NCBI RefSeq assembly: GCF_009914755.1
Contig: NC_060937.1
Direction: 5' to 3' (one strand)
DNA length: 64,000 nt
Origin: the human T2T-CHM13v2.0 reference genome, Homo sapiens
Below, in pieces: positions 27,198 through 41,165 of this stretch. Under the pieces are notes generated by a model. The model was given only the letters and a program-made list of their open reading frames with translations, was not told the DNA's origin and ran no database searches. The position numbers and the translations under genes were made by a program. Position 1 is the stretch's first letter. The number at the start of each line of letters is the position of its first letter.

Positions 27198-27219
27198 AGA
27201 CATAGAGATATATATATAT
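27144..27219. repeat. (TA)n(TG)n microsatellite
   Basis: Direct reading. Confidence 0.95.
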
Positions 27220-28278
27220 GTCTTTCAAAAGCAACCTCAAAACCCCCGATTAAATAAATTATAATTTTGAAATTATTTTATCAAAGAATAGAAAGTTTAA
27301 TTTTATATGATAAAGATTCTCAATGGCATATAGAGAGATAAAAGAAAATTTGTGATTCTTTAAATCAATTTCTTCCCCCAGAAAAATATTCAACACATTT
27401 TTCACTCTGCTCCTAATAAATTTTACTTTAAATAGCAAAATTACATAAAGCTATCCTATCAAATTCAATGCACACTAGAATCAAGAACAAACAACAAATA
27501 TCTCTTCTTAATAAAGTGTTTAAAATATAACATCAATTTTCTCCGAAACATTAAGAATCCTCATCATCTATTGTTCATTTACTTACGTGAGGAAGGGAAA
27601 AGGCCACCACTCTATCTTTAGTTAGTGTTTAATTTAGTAAACATAATACACTCTTTTTGAAATTCTACACAAAGCATCTCTTCTGTTGCTCATTTTCAAC
27701 TGAAGGAAAGCTGTAAGTTCTTTGCTTTGGGAAGGTACAACTGAGGGATTGTATTTTATTACTAAAAAGTCCTGTTCTTACTGCAGGCATCAACATGCTT
27801 TGTCCTTTTTTGGAAAAATAGAAACCATCATTGATTTCCACCTGTATAGAAAAGTTATTTAAAGTTTTTTAATATCTGTAGTGAAATGTTCCATTAGCAC
27901 ACTAAGTAATAGTGTGTACAGGACAGACATCAGTAATATGAAGGAATAGGCTTCCCAGCACTCGTCTCCCTACAGAAACATCGATTTGAACAACGCTACA
28001 CAGACAAAAGTATTCACAAGAGCAAACCAGGTGAGAGTGTTACCAGAATGCGGTCCCAATCCAGACCCTATGAGAGGATTCTTGGATCTCGTGCAAGAAA
28101 AAAAATCAAGGTGAGTTTGTAGAGTAAACTAAAAGTGAGTTTATTAAGAAAGCAAAGGAATACAAGAATGGCTACTCCATAGGTAGAGCAGCCCTGAGGG
28201 CTGCTGGTTGCCCATTTTTATGGTTATTTCTTGATGATATGCTAAACAAAAGGTGGATTATTCATGCCTCCTCTTTTT

Positions 28279-28998
28279 TTTAATTTAATTTTATTATTAT
28301 TATACTTTAAGTTTTAGGGTACATGTGCACAATGTGCAGGTTAGTTACATATGTATACATGTGCCATGCTGGTGTGCTGCACCCATTAACTCGTCATTTA
28401 GCATTAGGTATATCTCCTAAAGCTATCCCTCCCCCGTCCCCCCACCCCACAACAGTCCCCAGAGTGTGACGTTCACCTTCCTGTGTCCATGTGTTCTCAT
28501 TGTTCAATTCCCACCTATGAGTGAGAATATGCGGTGTTTGGTTTTTTGTTCTTGTGATAGTTTACTGAGAATGATGATTTCCAATTTCATCCATGTCCCT
28601 ACAAAGGACATGAACTCATCGTTTTTTATGGCTGCATAGTATTCCATGGTGTATATGTGCCACATTTTCTTAATCCAGTCTATCATTGTTGGACATTTGG
28701 ATTGGTTCCAAGTCTTTGCTATTGTGAATAGTGCCGCAATAAACATACGTGTGCATGTGTCTTTATAGCAGCATGATTTATAGTCCTTTGGGTATATACC
28801 CAGTAATGGGATGGCTGGGTCAAATGGTATTTCTAGTTCTAGATCCCTGAGGAATCGCCACACTGACTTCCACAATGGTTGAACTAGTTTACAGTCCCAC
28901 CAACAGTGTAAAAGTGTTCCTATTTCTCCACATCCTCTCTCCAGCACCTGTTGTTTCCTGACTTTTTAATGATTGCCATTCTAACTGGTGTGAGATGG
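28279..28998 (-). mobile_element. Young 5'-truncated L1PA3-type LINE-1 (720 bp)
   Basis: Near-consensus 3' end with aactcgtca (GAG, non-Ta) diagnostic; perfect 16-bp TSD catgcctcctcttttt (28263-28278 and 28999-29014). Confidence 0.93.
28504..28947 (-). pseudogene. L1 ORF2p C-terminal fragment (cysteine-rich domain), intact frame but no promoter or N-terminus
   Basis: CGEIGTLLHCWWDCKLVQPLWK...HRIFSLIGGN is the LINE-1 ORF2p C-terminus. Confidence 0.92.
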
Positions 28999-29807
28999 CA
29001 TGCCTCCTCTTTTTAGACCATATAGGGTAACTTCCTGACATTGTCATGGCATTTGTAAACTGTTATGGCGCTGGTGGGAGTGTAGCAGTGAGGATGACCA
29101 GAGGTCACTCTCTTCACCATCTTGGTTTTGGTGGGATTTGGCTGGCTTCTTTACTGCAACCTGTTTTGTTAGCAAGTTCTTTATGACCTGCATCTTGTGC
29201 CGTCCTCCTATCTCATCCTGTGACTTAGAATGCCTTAACCATATGGGAATGCAGCCCAGTAGGTCTCAGCCTCATTTTACCCAGCTCCTCTTCAAGATGG
29301 AGTTGCTCTGGTTCAAACACTTCTGACAAGAGAAGCTGCAAACAACACAGAAATAAGAAAAAAAACTCAGAGAACAGTAGGAAGGACAGTTTTATGTGAC
29401 GCATATCATCCCTCCCCCAATCCCAGGCAGTGCAATGTGGAGAGAGATAACTTCTGTATGAAAGAGGGAAGTGAGCACTGAACTTTGTCTCAGACCCCAA
29501 CACTGGGCTTGCTCCAGGAAAACCCAGTGTCTGGCACGCCCTACTTTCCAAGACTCCTGGACTGTACCTATGGATTGAGTCTCTAAGCCCACCTTTGTGC
29601 CAGGCTAACCATAGAGGCCCCAGGCTCTGGACTGGTCCCCAGATTCCCTAGGCTTTTGGCCTGCCCTGGCAACCAGTCATCCCCAACAGACTCAGGTTCC
29701 AGGTTGGCCCCAGCAGCCAAGGACTCCACATTGACTCCCGCACTGGGCTGGCCCTTATGGCCTCAGATTTTAGACCCTGTCAGCACCAGGTCAGCTCCTT
29801 CAGCCAT

Positions 29808-30128
29808 AGTCATCAAGCCAGCACCCACAAACCCAGCCTCCAGGCCAGCGTCTGCAACTCCAGGCCCCAGGTCCACTCCAGGTTTCAGACCAGCCCAGAG
29901 TCAGGCTTGCCCACAGTCATCAAGCCAGCACCCACAAACCCAGCCTCCAGGCCAGCGTCTGCAACTCCAGGCCCCAGGTCCACTCCAGGTTTCAGACCAA
30001 CCCAGAGTCAGGCTGGCCCACAGTCATCAAGCCAGCACCCACAAACCCAGCCTCCAGGCCAGCGTCTGCAACTCCAGGCCCCAGGTCCACTCCAGGTTTC
30101 AGACCAGCCCAGAGTCAGGCTGGCCCAC
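29808..30128 (+). repeat. Tandem repeat, 3 x 107 bp
   Basis: Units start at 29808, 29915 and 30022; only two positions vary among copies. Confidence 0.97.
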
Positions 30129-31214
30129 ACAGCCCCAAGTTTTAGGCCCACCCCAGTGCCAGGTAGGTACACTTGACCTCAGACACTAGAATAACACTGG
30201 TGAACAGAGGCTCAAGGCCTGCCTAATGTCGGGCCATTCCTGGCTGTTCTATTCTTTAGACCAGGCTCTGTTGTCCCAAGCTCCAGCAGATGCAGAGTTT
30301 AGGCCTCCCCCAACAAACCTAGGCTCCAGGCACATTCCAGTAGACCCAAAACTGGACCTGCCCCCACAAACGCGCCAGGATCACTCCTGTGGACCTACTT
30401 TCGAAGCCAGCCCTCAAATATATTGCCTCCAAGACATCACCTGCACACCCAGCCTCCAGCCCAATCCCCACAGCCACAGGCACCAAGCAAGTACCCATAA
30501 TCCCAGGATAAAGAACTCTCATAGTCCCAAGATTCACATCTGTCTAAGCATCAGACCAGTCCCAGGCTCCAACCACTCCCCATGGCTCCAGGCTACAGAG
30601 AACCTAGATTCCAGGTCTGCCCCTGCAGACTCAGGTTCCCAGCCTACTCCAGTAGACACTGGGAGCAGGCTGGCTCCCATGGACTAAGGGTCGAGAACCA
30701 CTCCCTGAAGACCCAGGATCCAGGCCAGCCCCGCAGAACCCAGGCCTCAGCCTCAACCCCATGGACTGAAACTCTAGGCCCATCCAAGGGCTAAGGCACC
30801 ACATGAATGCAGGCTCCAGGCCAGTCCCAGTGGTTCCAGGCACCAGGCTCACCCCAGCACCTGGGTGGTCCCTGCAGGCTGAAGTTCAGGACCCACCCCA
30901 GGATCAGATTAGGCTCTGTGTAACCAAGGTCTAAGCCCACCCCTCTGCATGCAAACTCCAAGCACACCCCCACAGACCCATTCAACAGGTCCAACACAGA
31001 GAATCCAGGCTGTAGGCTTAACAATGCCTGGATTTTGCCTGGATAGGCACCAGGCCAGCCTGCCTGAGAGGACTCAAGTGGTAAGCTCACCCTCAGATCA
31101 CATTAAACATCCTGCCCAGATTATCTAGACGAGCCAACTGGTGAAAGTCACTCCTAGACAGTAAGTTTGGAAAGACTAGAATAATTTCCTACTTCTTCAA
31201 ATGTACAGACATCA

Positions 31215-31513
31215 GGCTGAGCATGGTGGCTCACACCTGTAATTCCGCACTTTGAGAGGCTGAGGCAGGTAGATCACTTGAGGTCAGGAGTTTGAAACCA
31301 ACTGAGCCAACATGGTGAAACTCCATCTCTACAAAAAATACAAAAATTACCTGGGCATGGTGGCACATGCTTGAATCCCCAGAAACTCCAAAGGCTGAGG
31401 CAGGAGAATCTCTTAAACCCAGGAGGCAGAGGTTGTAGTGAGCCAAGATTGTACCACTGAACTCCAGACTGAGCAACAGAGTGAGATTCTGTCTCAAAAC
31501 AAACAAACTAAAA
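31215..31513 (+). mobile_element. AluSx/Sz
   Basis: Full-length Alu, (AAAC) tail, degenerate TSD acagaca(t/c)ca. Confidence 0.9.
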
Positions 31514-31765
31514 CACAGACACCATCTAGGGTAACAAGAAACATGAAAAAATGAAAAAGATATAACAACATCAAAAGAACACAATAATTTCTCAGTACCT
31601 GATCCTAAGGAAATGAAGATGGATATACAAGCTGTCTGAGGAAGGAATCAAAATAAATGTTTTCAGGAAGCTCGGTGAACTTCAAGAAAATAGAGAAAAA
31701 ATTCAATGAAATTAGGAAACCAATGAATGACCAAAATGAAAATTTTAACAGAGGGATTGAAATTA

Positions 31766-31822
31766 CATATATATATATACACACACATATATATATAATA
31801 TATTATATATATATATAATATA
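31766..31822. repeat. (TA)n/(CA)n microsatellite
   Basis: Direct reading. Confidence 0.9.
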
Positions 31823-32609
31823 TGTTTATATTTAAAACTCAACAGAAAGCCTGGATCTAAAAATGCAATGAATAATGCAAATAATAAAATAAATATTTCA
31901 ATATACAGTATCAATTTTGATTGGTCAACCAGAAGAAACAATCTGTAAACTCAAAGACAGGTTACTTGCAAATATTTTTAAAAGAAAAAAGTAAAAAGTG
32001 AAAAAGAATAAAAGAAGCTTACGAGATTTATGGGATAGCCTAGAAAGAGTGATGCTTTGAGTGATAGGACTTCATAAAGAAGAGGAAGACAAAAGGATAG
32101 AAAGTTTATTTAAACAGATAGTAAAACAAAACTTTCTAAATCTGGGGAAAGATACAAATATTCAGGTACAGGAAGGCCAAAGGTCCTCAAACAAATTCAA
32201 TCCAAATAATATTACACCATAATATATTATAATCACATTTTCAAGTATCAAAGACAAAGAAAGAATCCTGAAATTTTTTAAAAAAGGAAGGAGAAAAGAG
32301 TAAAAATGAACGAGTTTCCATATGTCTAGCAGTGAACCTTTCAGCAGAAACCTTATAGTCCAGGAGGGAGTAAGATAATACATTTAAAATGTTGAAGGAA
32401 AAAACCTGCCAACCAAAAACACTCTACCAGGAAAAGCTGTACTTCAGAAATGAAGGAGAGAAAAAGACTTTCCCACAGAAATAAAAGCTGAGGGAGTTCA
32501 TCAACATTAGTCCTGTCTTACAAGAAATGAATTCTTGTGAATTCTAAAATGAATTCTTCAAGTCAAAAGAATAGGACACTAATTAGTGACACAAAAATAT
32601 ATGAAGGTA

Positions 32610-33451
32610 CAGTCATCCCTCAGTATCCATGTGGGATTTGTTCTACAACCTGCCTTAGACACCAAAATCTGCAGATGCTCTGCTCTTTGATATAAAATGG
32701 TGTATTATTTGCATGTAACTTATGCACATATTCCCACATATTTTAACCCTTTCTCCATTAAAAAAGGGCAGATTGCTGCCAGTACTCATTTAATTTTACA
32801 GAAACACACTCTTTGAGGCTGAACCAAATCTGACTGATTTTCAATGTGAAAATAAAATATAAATCTGTTTTTGGAGTTATATCTAAAGAGGACTAACATC
32901 AGAATCATCTGAATCATCAAAATCTTCTATTTCAAAAAAATAGAATTTATCAAGTGAATTTTCGGCCAGTGACTGTTCGAGAATAATATTAACATCATAT
33001 GTAAGAATGCTACATTTTCTAGAGGACTTGACATTTTCAGCAATTAAGAATTACCATATTTTGTAAATGGAAACACCATTACTAAAACAGAATGCTATAA
33101 ATAGAATGATGTCTTTTGTTTCCAAATTTGATACACCAGAGTGATTTGAAAATAATAATAAAAGTGAGATATTTCATGGCAAAGTTATGTTGGGTTAAAC
33201 ACTGCAGGTACAAGCACTGCCTGTGCGTAATCTCAGGGCAAATGAGAAAAAGGTTAAATCATCTCTAGATTACTTACAATATCTAATATAACATAAATGC
33301 TATGTAAATAGCTGTTGTATAGTTTAGGGTATAATGATGAGAAAAAATGATGTACATGTTCAGTACAGATGCAATTATTTTTTTTTAAATTTTTCATCTG
33401 AGTTTGTCTGAATTTACAGATACATAACACACAGATACAGAGGGCTGACTA
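32610..33451 (+). mobile_element. MER2, split by MER75
   Basis: cagtcatccctcagtatccatg...cacatatttt[TTAA]atcatctctagattac...gatacagagggctgact. Confidence 0.9.
32747..33253 (-). mobile_element. MER75 piggyBac MITE, full-length
   Basis: TTAA on both sides (32743-32746 and 33254-33257), ccctttctccatt / aatgagaaaaagg TIRs, body matches recalled MER75. Confidence 0.9.
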
Positions 33452-34468
33452 GATAAAGCATATTGAATGAAGTAAGTACACAATAACATTTGGGATACTC
33501 TACTACTATAATGAGTTATTTAAATAACATATCTTTAATATAAATGTTAAGAACCCAAATTATTAAAAACAATAAACGCTACAATAATTTGATGAAGGAC
33601 ACAATATAAAATGATGTGAACTCACACAAAAAATTTAAAACATTGGAGAGGTGTGGTGTAAAAGTGTAGGTTTTTTAATGTGATCAAAGTTAAATTGATG
33701 CCAGCATGAAATCACTTATTTTAACTATAAACTATTTTAGGTAAGCCTCATGTTTACCACAATGCAAAAGCATATTGTGGATACACAAAGATAATAAATA
33801 TATAAGGAATCAAAACATATCACTAGAGAAAAAACAGCTCACCAAAAAGGAAAACAGCAAGAGAGAAGAAAAGAACAAAGATTTTATAAAATAAACAGAA
33901 ATATATTTACAAAATGATGATAGTAAGTTCTTGCCTATTCATAATTACCTTGACTAGAAATGCATTAAATTATCAAATAAAAAGACATAGTGTAGATAAA
34001 GGAATTTAAAAAGTAAGATCCTACAATATGCTGCCTGCAAGAGACTTACTTCACTCATAAGGACACACAGATGTTAAATGAAAGAATGGAAAAAGATGTT
34101 CTTTGCAAATGGAAACCAAAAGAGAGCAGGGGTAGTTACATTTATGTCAGAAAAAAAAAAAAAGGACTTTAAGTCAAAACTGTCACAGGAGACAAAAAAG
34201 GTCATTACATAATGATGAATGTGTCAATTCATCAAGAGAATACAACAATTATAAACATATATGCACCCAACATTGGAGCACCTAAATATATAAATCACAT
34301 ATTTAGAGATCTGAAGGAAAGGTAAATGATAATACAATAATAGTAGGGCACTTCAATACTCCATTTTCAGCAATGGACAGATAATCTAGGCAGAAAATCA
34401 ATAAAGAAACAGCAGATTTAAACTAAGCTTCAGACCAAATGTACCTAATAGTAATATACAGAACATTT

Positions 34469-34779
<311 letters not shown>

Positions 34780-35504
34780 AATATACAGAACATTTAACAG
34801 CAACAGAATACACAAACTTCTCAAAATCACATGGAACATTTTTCAGGATATATTATATTAGACTATGAGATGAGTTTTAACAAATTTGCAAGAAGATTGA
34901 AATTATATAAAGTATCTTTTCTGTCTACAATGGTATGAAACTTGAAATCAATAAAAGGAAAAATTTTGGAAAATTCACAAATACATGGAAAAAAGAAATG
35001 TGCCCCTAAACAACCAATGGGTCAAAATAAAATTAGAAAAGAAATTTTAAAATATCTTGAAGCAAATCAAAATTGAAATACAACATATACCAAATGTATG
35101 AGATGCATTAAATGCAGTTCTAAAAGGAACATTTATAGCAGTAAAGGCCTACACCATAAAAGAAGAAAGATCTCAAATAACCTAACATTGGACATCAATA
35201 AACTAGAAAAAGAACAAACTAAAACTCAGATTTGCAGAAGCAAGAAAATAAAGATCAGAGCAGAAACAAATGAAGTAGAAACAAGAAAATTAATAGGGCA
35301 GATCAATAAAAGTAAGAGTCAAGTTTGAAAAAGATAAACAAAATCAACTTTTATCTAGACTAAAAAGAGAGCAGAGTAAAAAAAAATAAAATCAGAAATG
35401 AAGAAGGAGATAGTACAAATGACACAACAGAAATATAAAGCACCATAACAGGCTGTTATGAATAATTATATGAAAGATAATTGGATAGCCTGAAGAAATG
35501 AATA

Positions 35505-35705
<201 letters not shown>

Positions 35706-35706
35706 A

Positions 35707-35895
35707 GCCATCAGGTCCTGAACTTTTCTTGATGGGATATTTGCTATTAACAATTCAAATGCATTAGTCTTCTTTGGTCTGTTCAGATCTTCTGATTTTC
35801 ATAATTCACCCTTTGTATGTTGTAACTTGAAGAGTAATGTGTTTGAGTTGGTAATAGCAAATACCCCATCAAAGAAAAGCTCAGAACATGATAGC
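35707..35895. repeat. Inverted duplication of L1 ORF2 sequence (66/67-bp arms, 56-bp spacer)
   Basis: 35707-35772 is the reverse complement of 35829-35895 with 10 mismatches and 1 gap. Confidence 0.9.
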
Positions 35896-38235
35896 CTTAC
35901 TGCTGAATTTTACCAAGAATTGAAAGAAGAATTAATGCTAATTCACCTAAAACTATTCCAAAGAAGTGAAGAAGGAACACTTCCAAACTGATTTTATGTG
36001 TTCAACCTCCCCCTAATACCAAAGCAAACCAAAAACACTGCAAGAAAATAAAATTGCAGGCCAATATCCCTGACAAACATAGATGTAAAATTCCTCAATA
36101 AAATATTAGCAGCCCAAATTCAACAGCATATTAAAGGAATCATTCACCATGATCAATTGGGATTCATCCATGGATATTAGGATGGTTTAACATACATAAA
36201 TCTATAAATATGATATACCACCTTAATAAAATGAAGGACAAAAATTGTATGATCATCTTAAAGGATCCAGAAAAATCATTTGGTAAAATTAAACAGAATT
36301 CTATAATAAAAACATTCAATACATTAAGCTTAAGAGGAATGTATCTCAACACAACATAGGGAATATATGGCAAACCCACAGCTAACATAATACTCAATGG
36401 GGAAAAGTTGACAGCTTTTTCTCTGAAAACAAGAACAAGATAAAGATGCCTGCTCTCACCACTTCTATTTAACAGAGTACTGGAAATCCTAGCAATTAGG
36501 ATCCAGAGCAATTAGGCAAGAGAAAAAAATAAAGGGCATCCAAATTGAAAGGGAAAAAGTTAAATTATCCTTGTTTGCAGAAGACATAATTTTATATATG
36601 GAAAACACAAAATATTCCACCAAAAAACCGTTATAAACAATAAGTAAACTCAAAAAATATGCCAGATTTAAAATAAATATACAAAAATCATTAGCATTTC
36701 TATATACTACAAAGAACTATCCAAAAAAGAAATCAAGGAAATGATTCCACTTACAATACTTACAAAAAATGATAAAGTACATAGAAATAAATTTAACCAA
36801 GTAGTTGAAAAACCTGACCACTGAAAACTAAAAACTTTGGTGAAGAAATTGAAGACAACACAAATAAATGAAAAGGTATTCCATGTTCATTGATTTGAAA
36901 AATTGATATTGTTCAAATGTGCATACTAACGAAACCAATCTAAAGTTTCAATGCAATCTCTATCAAAATTTCAATGACATTTTTTCACAAATAGAAAAGC
37001 AATCCTAAAATTTATATAAAAATAGAAAAGACTCTGAATGGCCAAGTGTTCTCGAGCTAAAGAAACAAAGCTAGAGGCATCACACTTCCTGGCTTCAAAA
37101 TATATTACAAAACTGGTCATCAAAACTGTATGGTACTGCCATTAAAAATAGGTATGTAGATCAATGGAACAGAATAGAGAGCACATTCTCAGTCAATTGA
37201 TTTTGTCAACAAAGGTGCCAGAAACCACAATAGAGAAAAGACAGTCTCATCAATGTGATGTTTTAATAACTGGATATCTACCTGCAGAAAAATGAAATTA
37301 CACCCTTATCTCACATCAAATCAACTCAAAATTGATTAAGACTTACATGTAAGATCTAAACTATAAATATATTAAAAGAAATAATAAGGGAAAGTTTCAT
37401 GCAATTGGTCTAATCAATTACTTTTTGGGTATGAATCCGAAAGTACAGACAACAAAAGCAAAAAGAAATAAATTGAATTCTATAAAACTAAAAAGATTAA
37501 GCACAACAAAAACAGAGTGAAGAGACAACTTATGGAATGGTATAATAAAAAAAATTTGCAAATCATACATCTGATAAGTCTTTAATACCTAAAATATATA
37601 AGGAAATAAAACAACTCAATAGCAAGGAAATAAACATTACAAAATGGGCATAGGATCTGATAGGGATTTCTAAAAAGAAGGCAAAAAAGACCAATAATTT
37701 TATATGTATGTATATGTCTATATATATATATTTTAAAGTTCAACATCACTAAGCATCTGATAAATGCAAATGAAAACCACAATTAGGTTCTCACATCTGT
37801 TAAAATGGTTATTATCAAAAAGAGGAAATGTAAGTGTTGGCAAAAATTGTGGAGAAAAGAGAAGCCATGAACACTATTGGTAGGAATATAAATTAGTATA
37901 ATCATTATGAAAAACAGTATGACACTCCCTTGAAAGATTAAAAGTAGAACTGCCATATAATCCAGTCATCTCACTACTTGGTATATATACTAAGTAAATG
38001 AAAGCAGTATGTTGAAGAAATTTCTGCATTCCCAAGTTTATTGCCACATAAATTATTCACAATAGCCAAGATCTGGAATCAACCTATGTGTCCATCAACA
38101 GATGAATGGTTAAAAATATATACTGTATATTCACAATGCAATACTCTTCAGCATTAATAAGAAAAATATATTTTTATTTGTAAAAACATGGAAGAATCTG
38201 AAGGACATTATGCTACACAAAATAAGCCAGCCAAA

Positions 38236-38485
38236 TATAGACAGACAAAAACTAGGTAAGTGATTGCCTGAGGTCGGGAGGTGGCAGAGAGAGGCTCAGG
38301 GGAGGGTGGAAAAATGGGGAATGACTACTAATGGTTACAGAGTTTCTTTTTCGGTTTATGAAAGTGTTCTAAAATTGAGGATGGTGATGGTTGCACAACT
38401 CTGTGAACAAACTAAAAGCAATTGAATTGTACACTTTAAGTGGATGAATTGTATATTTGGATTATATCTCAATAAAACTTTTTAA
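38236..38485 (+). mobile_element. L1MB7/8-type 3'UTR
   Basis: ggtgatggttgcacaactctgtgaa...attgaattgtacacttta...atatctcaataaa. Confidence 0.75.
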
Positions 38486-38553
38486 ATGCATTTTAAATAA
38501 ACAGTATCGAATAAAAGATAAAGTAGCAATCTTTGAAGTTCTCTAGGAGTAGA

Positions 38554-39048
38554 TGTTCTAGTTTGAGTCATCTCAAGAAAGCAGAGTCAAGACAAGGATG
38601 TTCACTTCAGCGGTTTATTTTAGTAAGTGATTACAGGGAAAGAGAGTGGAATATTGTGATGAATAAAACAAAGAGAATAAAATCATACCTGGGTGCTTAT
38701 TGAGCTGGTCACCACTGTGGACAACTGGGACTTAGTCTCAAGAGCTCCTATAAAAGTCATAGGGAATGTGCCCGGACATTTTTCTGGTCAATCAATAGAA
38801 GAAGAGTGTGTTTATATAAATTATTTTCTTTTATTGGTCAGAGGTTTGCTAGTTCTTTCTTATGTGCTTCTTGTGTATGTGGAAATTCCATACCATTGCA
38901 TCAGAGAAGCCCAAGGCTTAAAAGTGAGAAATACTTTGTGTAGCCGAAACAAAATTTGACCTTGTTGCACTAATGGGAAGCATATTTCCATGGTATTGGC
39001 TGAAAGGTGAACTAGAATAGGTAAAGCTTTTCACAGGCGTGTCCAATA
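38554..39048 (-). mobile_element. LTR33-type ERVL LTR
   Basis: aagcagagtcaagacaagg...ggtttattt...ggtcaccactgtggacaactggg. Confidence 0.7.
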
Positions 39049-40482
39049 TATGGAATATATATTAAATATCCTCACTCATATTTTAATTGATACTCACATT
39101 TTACTTTTAAAATAATGTGACTATGCTATTATATATTTTTTTCAAAATTATGCTTATTCAAGAATTGAATCAGTAAGTATGAAAGTAGTTATCTGTCATT
39201 TCATTATTTGTATGTGTGTGTTTATTTTCTTTCTTTAAGTATAAAACTTATGGTGCATTTTTTCTTCTATTTTTGAAATACACTAAAATTTATAGAACAA
39301 ACGCAACCGAATACAAAAATATATCAACTATTTGAGAGTAAGTTACTGACCTGATTTTACCTTATCTCCGTATGTTTTATTGTGCATATCCTACCAACAA
39401 AAACACTCTCCTATATAGCCATAACAAGACTATGGATATCAGCAAATTTACATTTGTGTTACTGCTATCTAACCCTCAGATCTCATTCAATTTTTAAAAA
39501 TTTATTCTAATAATGTCTTGTATAGAAAAATAATACAGTTCTCTATAATATGACCATTACATTCAATCCACAGTTTTGTACTGAATACAATGGTCATGTC
39601 ATTTTTGTCGCTTTCAGTCTAGGGCAGCTGATTTGCTATACTTGACTTTCATGGCTATAACATCTTTGAAGTTTGTCGATTGTTTCATTCGTATAGAATT
39701 TCCCTCAGTTCAGGTTTATCTAATGTAGTCTCATGATTAGATCTGGCAGAAATATTACAATGGAATTGTTGTGATCTTCTTATTGTGTCCCAATAGATGG
39801 TGCACAATTTAGATTTACTCCATTAAGAATGATGTTTACTTTAGCTACTTGATTAAGGTGATTTCTGTCAGACTTCTCCAGTGAACATGTACTCTTTTTT
39901 TCCTTTTTAGTAAATAAGTACGTTGTGTGGATATGCTTTAACATAATGTAGCTATTACATTTACCAAGAAACTTTAATGTGTTTATTTTTTAAAATCAGA
40001 ATGAGTTCATTTTCTCCATTTTATTCAGTGGGTTATAGTCTCTTGTAATTATTTTATCTGATACTGAAATTATTTCAGAATCAGTCAGTGGGAGCCTCTT
40101 CAATCTGTCTTCCATGTCTCTTGTCCCATTGACATGTCCTCATCATTTCTTGAGCACTTCCTTGTTTTCTAGAATGACAAAATGTTCAGCCTCATCTTAC
40201 ATTTTCCTTGCTTCAGCCCTGTAACCAGCTATATTTCCAAAGAACTCTAGTTTCTTTTACTAAAAAAAAATTATATTTTGAGGCCAAAATCTAAGTGCTA
40301 GATGTACTTATTGTTATTTGGCTATCACTGTTCCCCAAATCTCACAACATTCATTCTAGTTTTCTCCATTTCTATAGTTGTAAATTTTGCTCCAACAGAG
40401 AGAAAACTAATTCCTATTAACCTTAATATGGTTGCTTTATTTGTCCGGTGTCACCGGAGGTAGTGAAAGGTAATGAATTTCT

Positions 40483-40735
<253 letters not shown>

Positions 40736-40779
40736 GGTAATGAATTTCTGATGGCTTCAAACTCCTCTTCACATCACAT

Positions 40780-41165
40780 CGATCCCCTCCTCAACCCACT
40801 TAGACTTAGACATCCCACTAATGACCACCATTCCACAAGGGCATCCTCCTCATCATGGTAGGGCTCTAACACTCAATGCAAGCCACACTTAGATGTAGAT
40901 ACTTTCCTTACCCTGTTTGGGCTCTAACATCTATATCAGGCCATACCTATGCACAGATGCTCTTTTCAATTCACTTAAGTTCTGACTCCACGTGCCATGC
41001 CACCCTTCTAGATGAATACTCTCCTTACTCCACTTTAGTTATGATACCTTGAATTGGGTCACCTCCAAGCCTGGATGCCTAGCTCATCCTCATCCTATTG
41101 ATCTCTGACTTCCTATGCTTAACCAATTCACACAGACCCTAATTATTGTGTCCTGACTCCATCTC
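40780..41165. repeat. Degenerate ~58-bp tandem array (6-7 units), probably intrinsic to the L1MC 3'UTR
   Basis: Recurring gat(g/a)c..tcct(c/t)a.c......ggctct(g/a)ac motif at ~40781, 40840, 40897, 40956, 41013, 41074. Confidence 0.55.

Larger units (their letters stand above)
28038..29328 (-). mobile_element. MER41A solo LTR (ERV1), split by L1PA3
   Basis: Minus strand TGTCAGAAGTGTTTGAACCAGAGCAACTCCATCTTG...TGGTAACA; TSD agag (28034-28037 and 29329-29332). Confidence 0.92.

Noticed and set aside
28279-28998. Possible human-specific active L1HS-Ta insertion
   Set aside because: It has the GAG rather than ACA diagnostic and L1PA3-type variants, and is only 720 bp long.
29808-30128. Regular repeats resembling a CRISPR array or a mucin-like gene
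   Set aside because: Head-to-tail units with no spacers, no cas genes, primate context; the ORFs lie in an L1 5'UTR with no gene structure.
40444-40458. Small palindromes (tccggtgtcaccgga here; gtttaacttt...aaagttaaac at ~1753-1780; agatttttt...aaaaaatct at ~60768-60792)
   Set aside because: Stems of 10 bp or less, too short to distinguish from chance.
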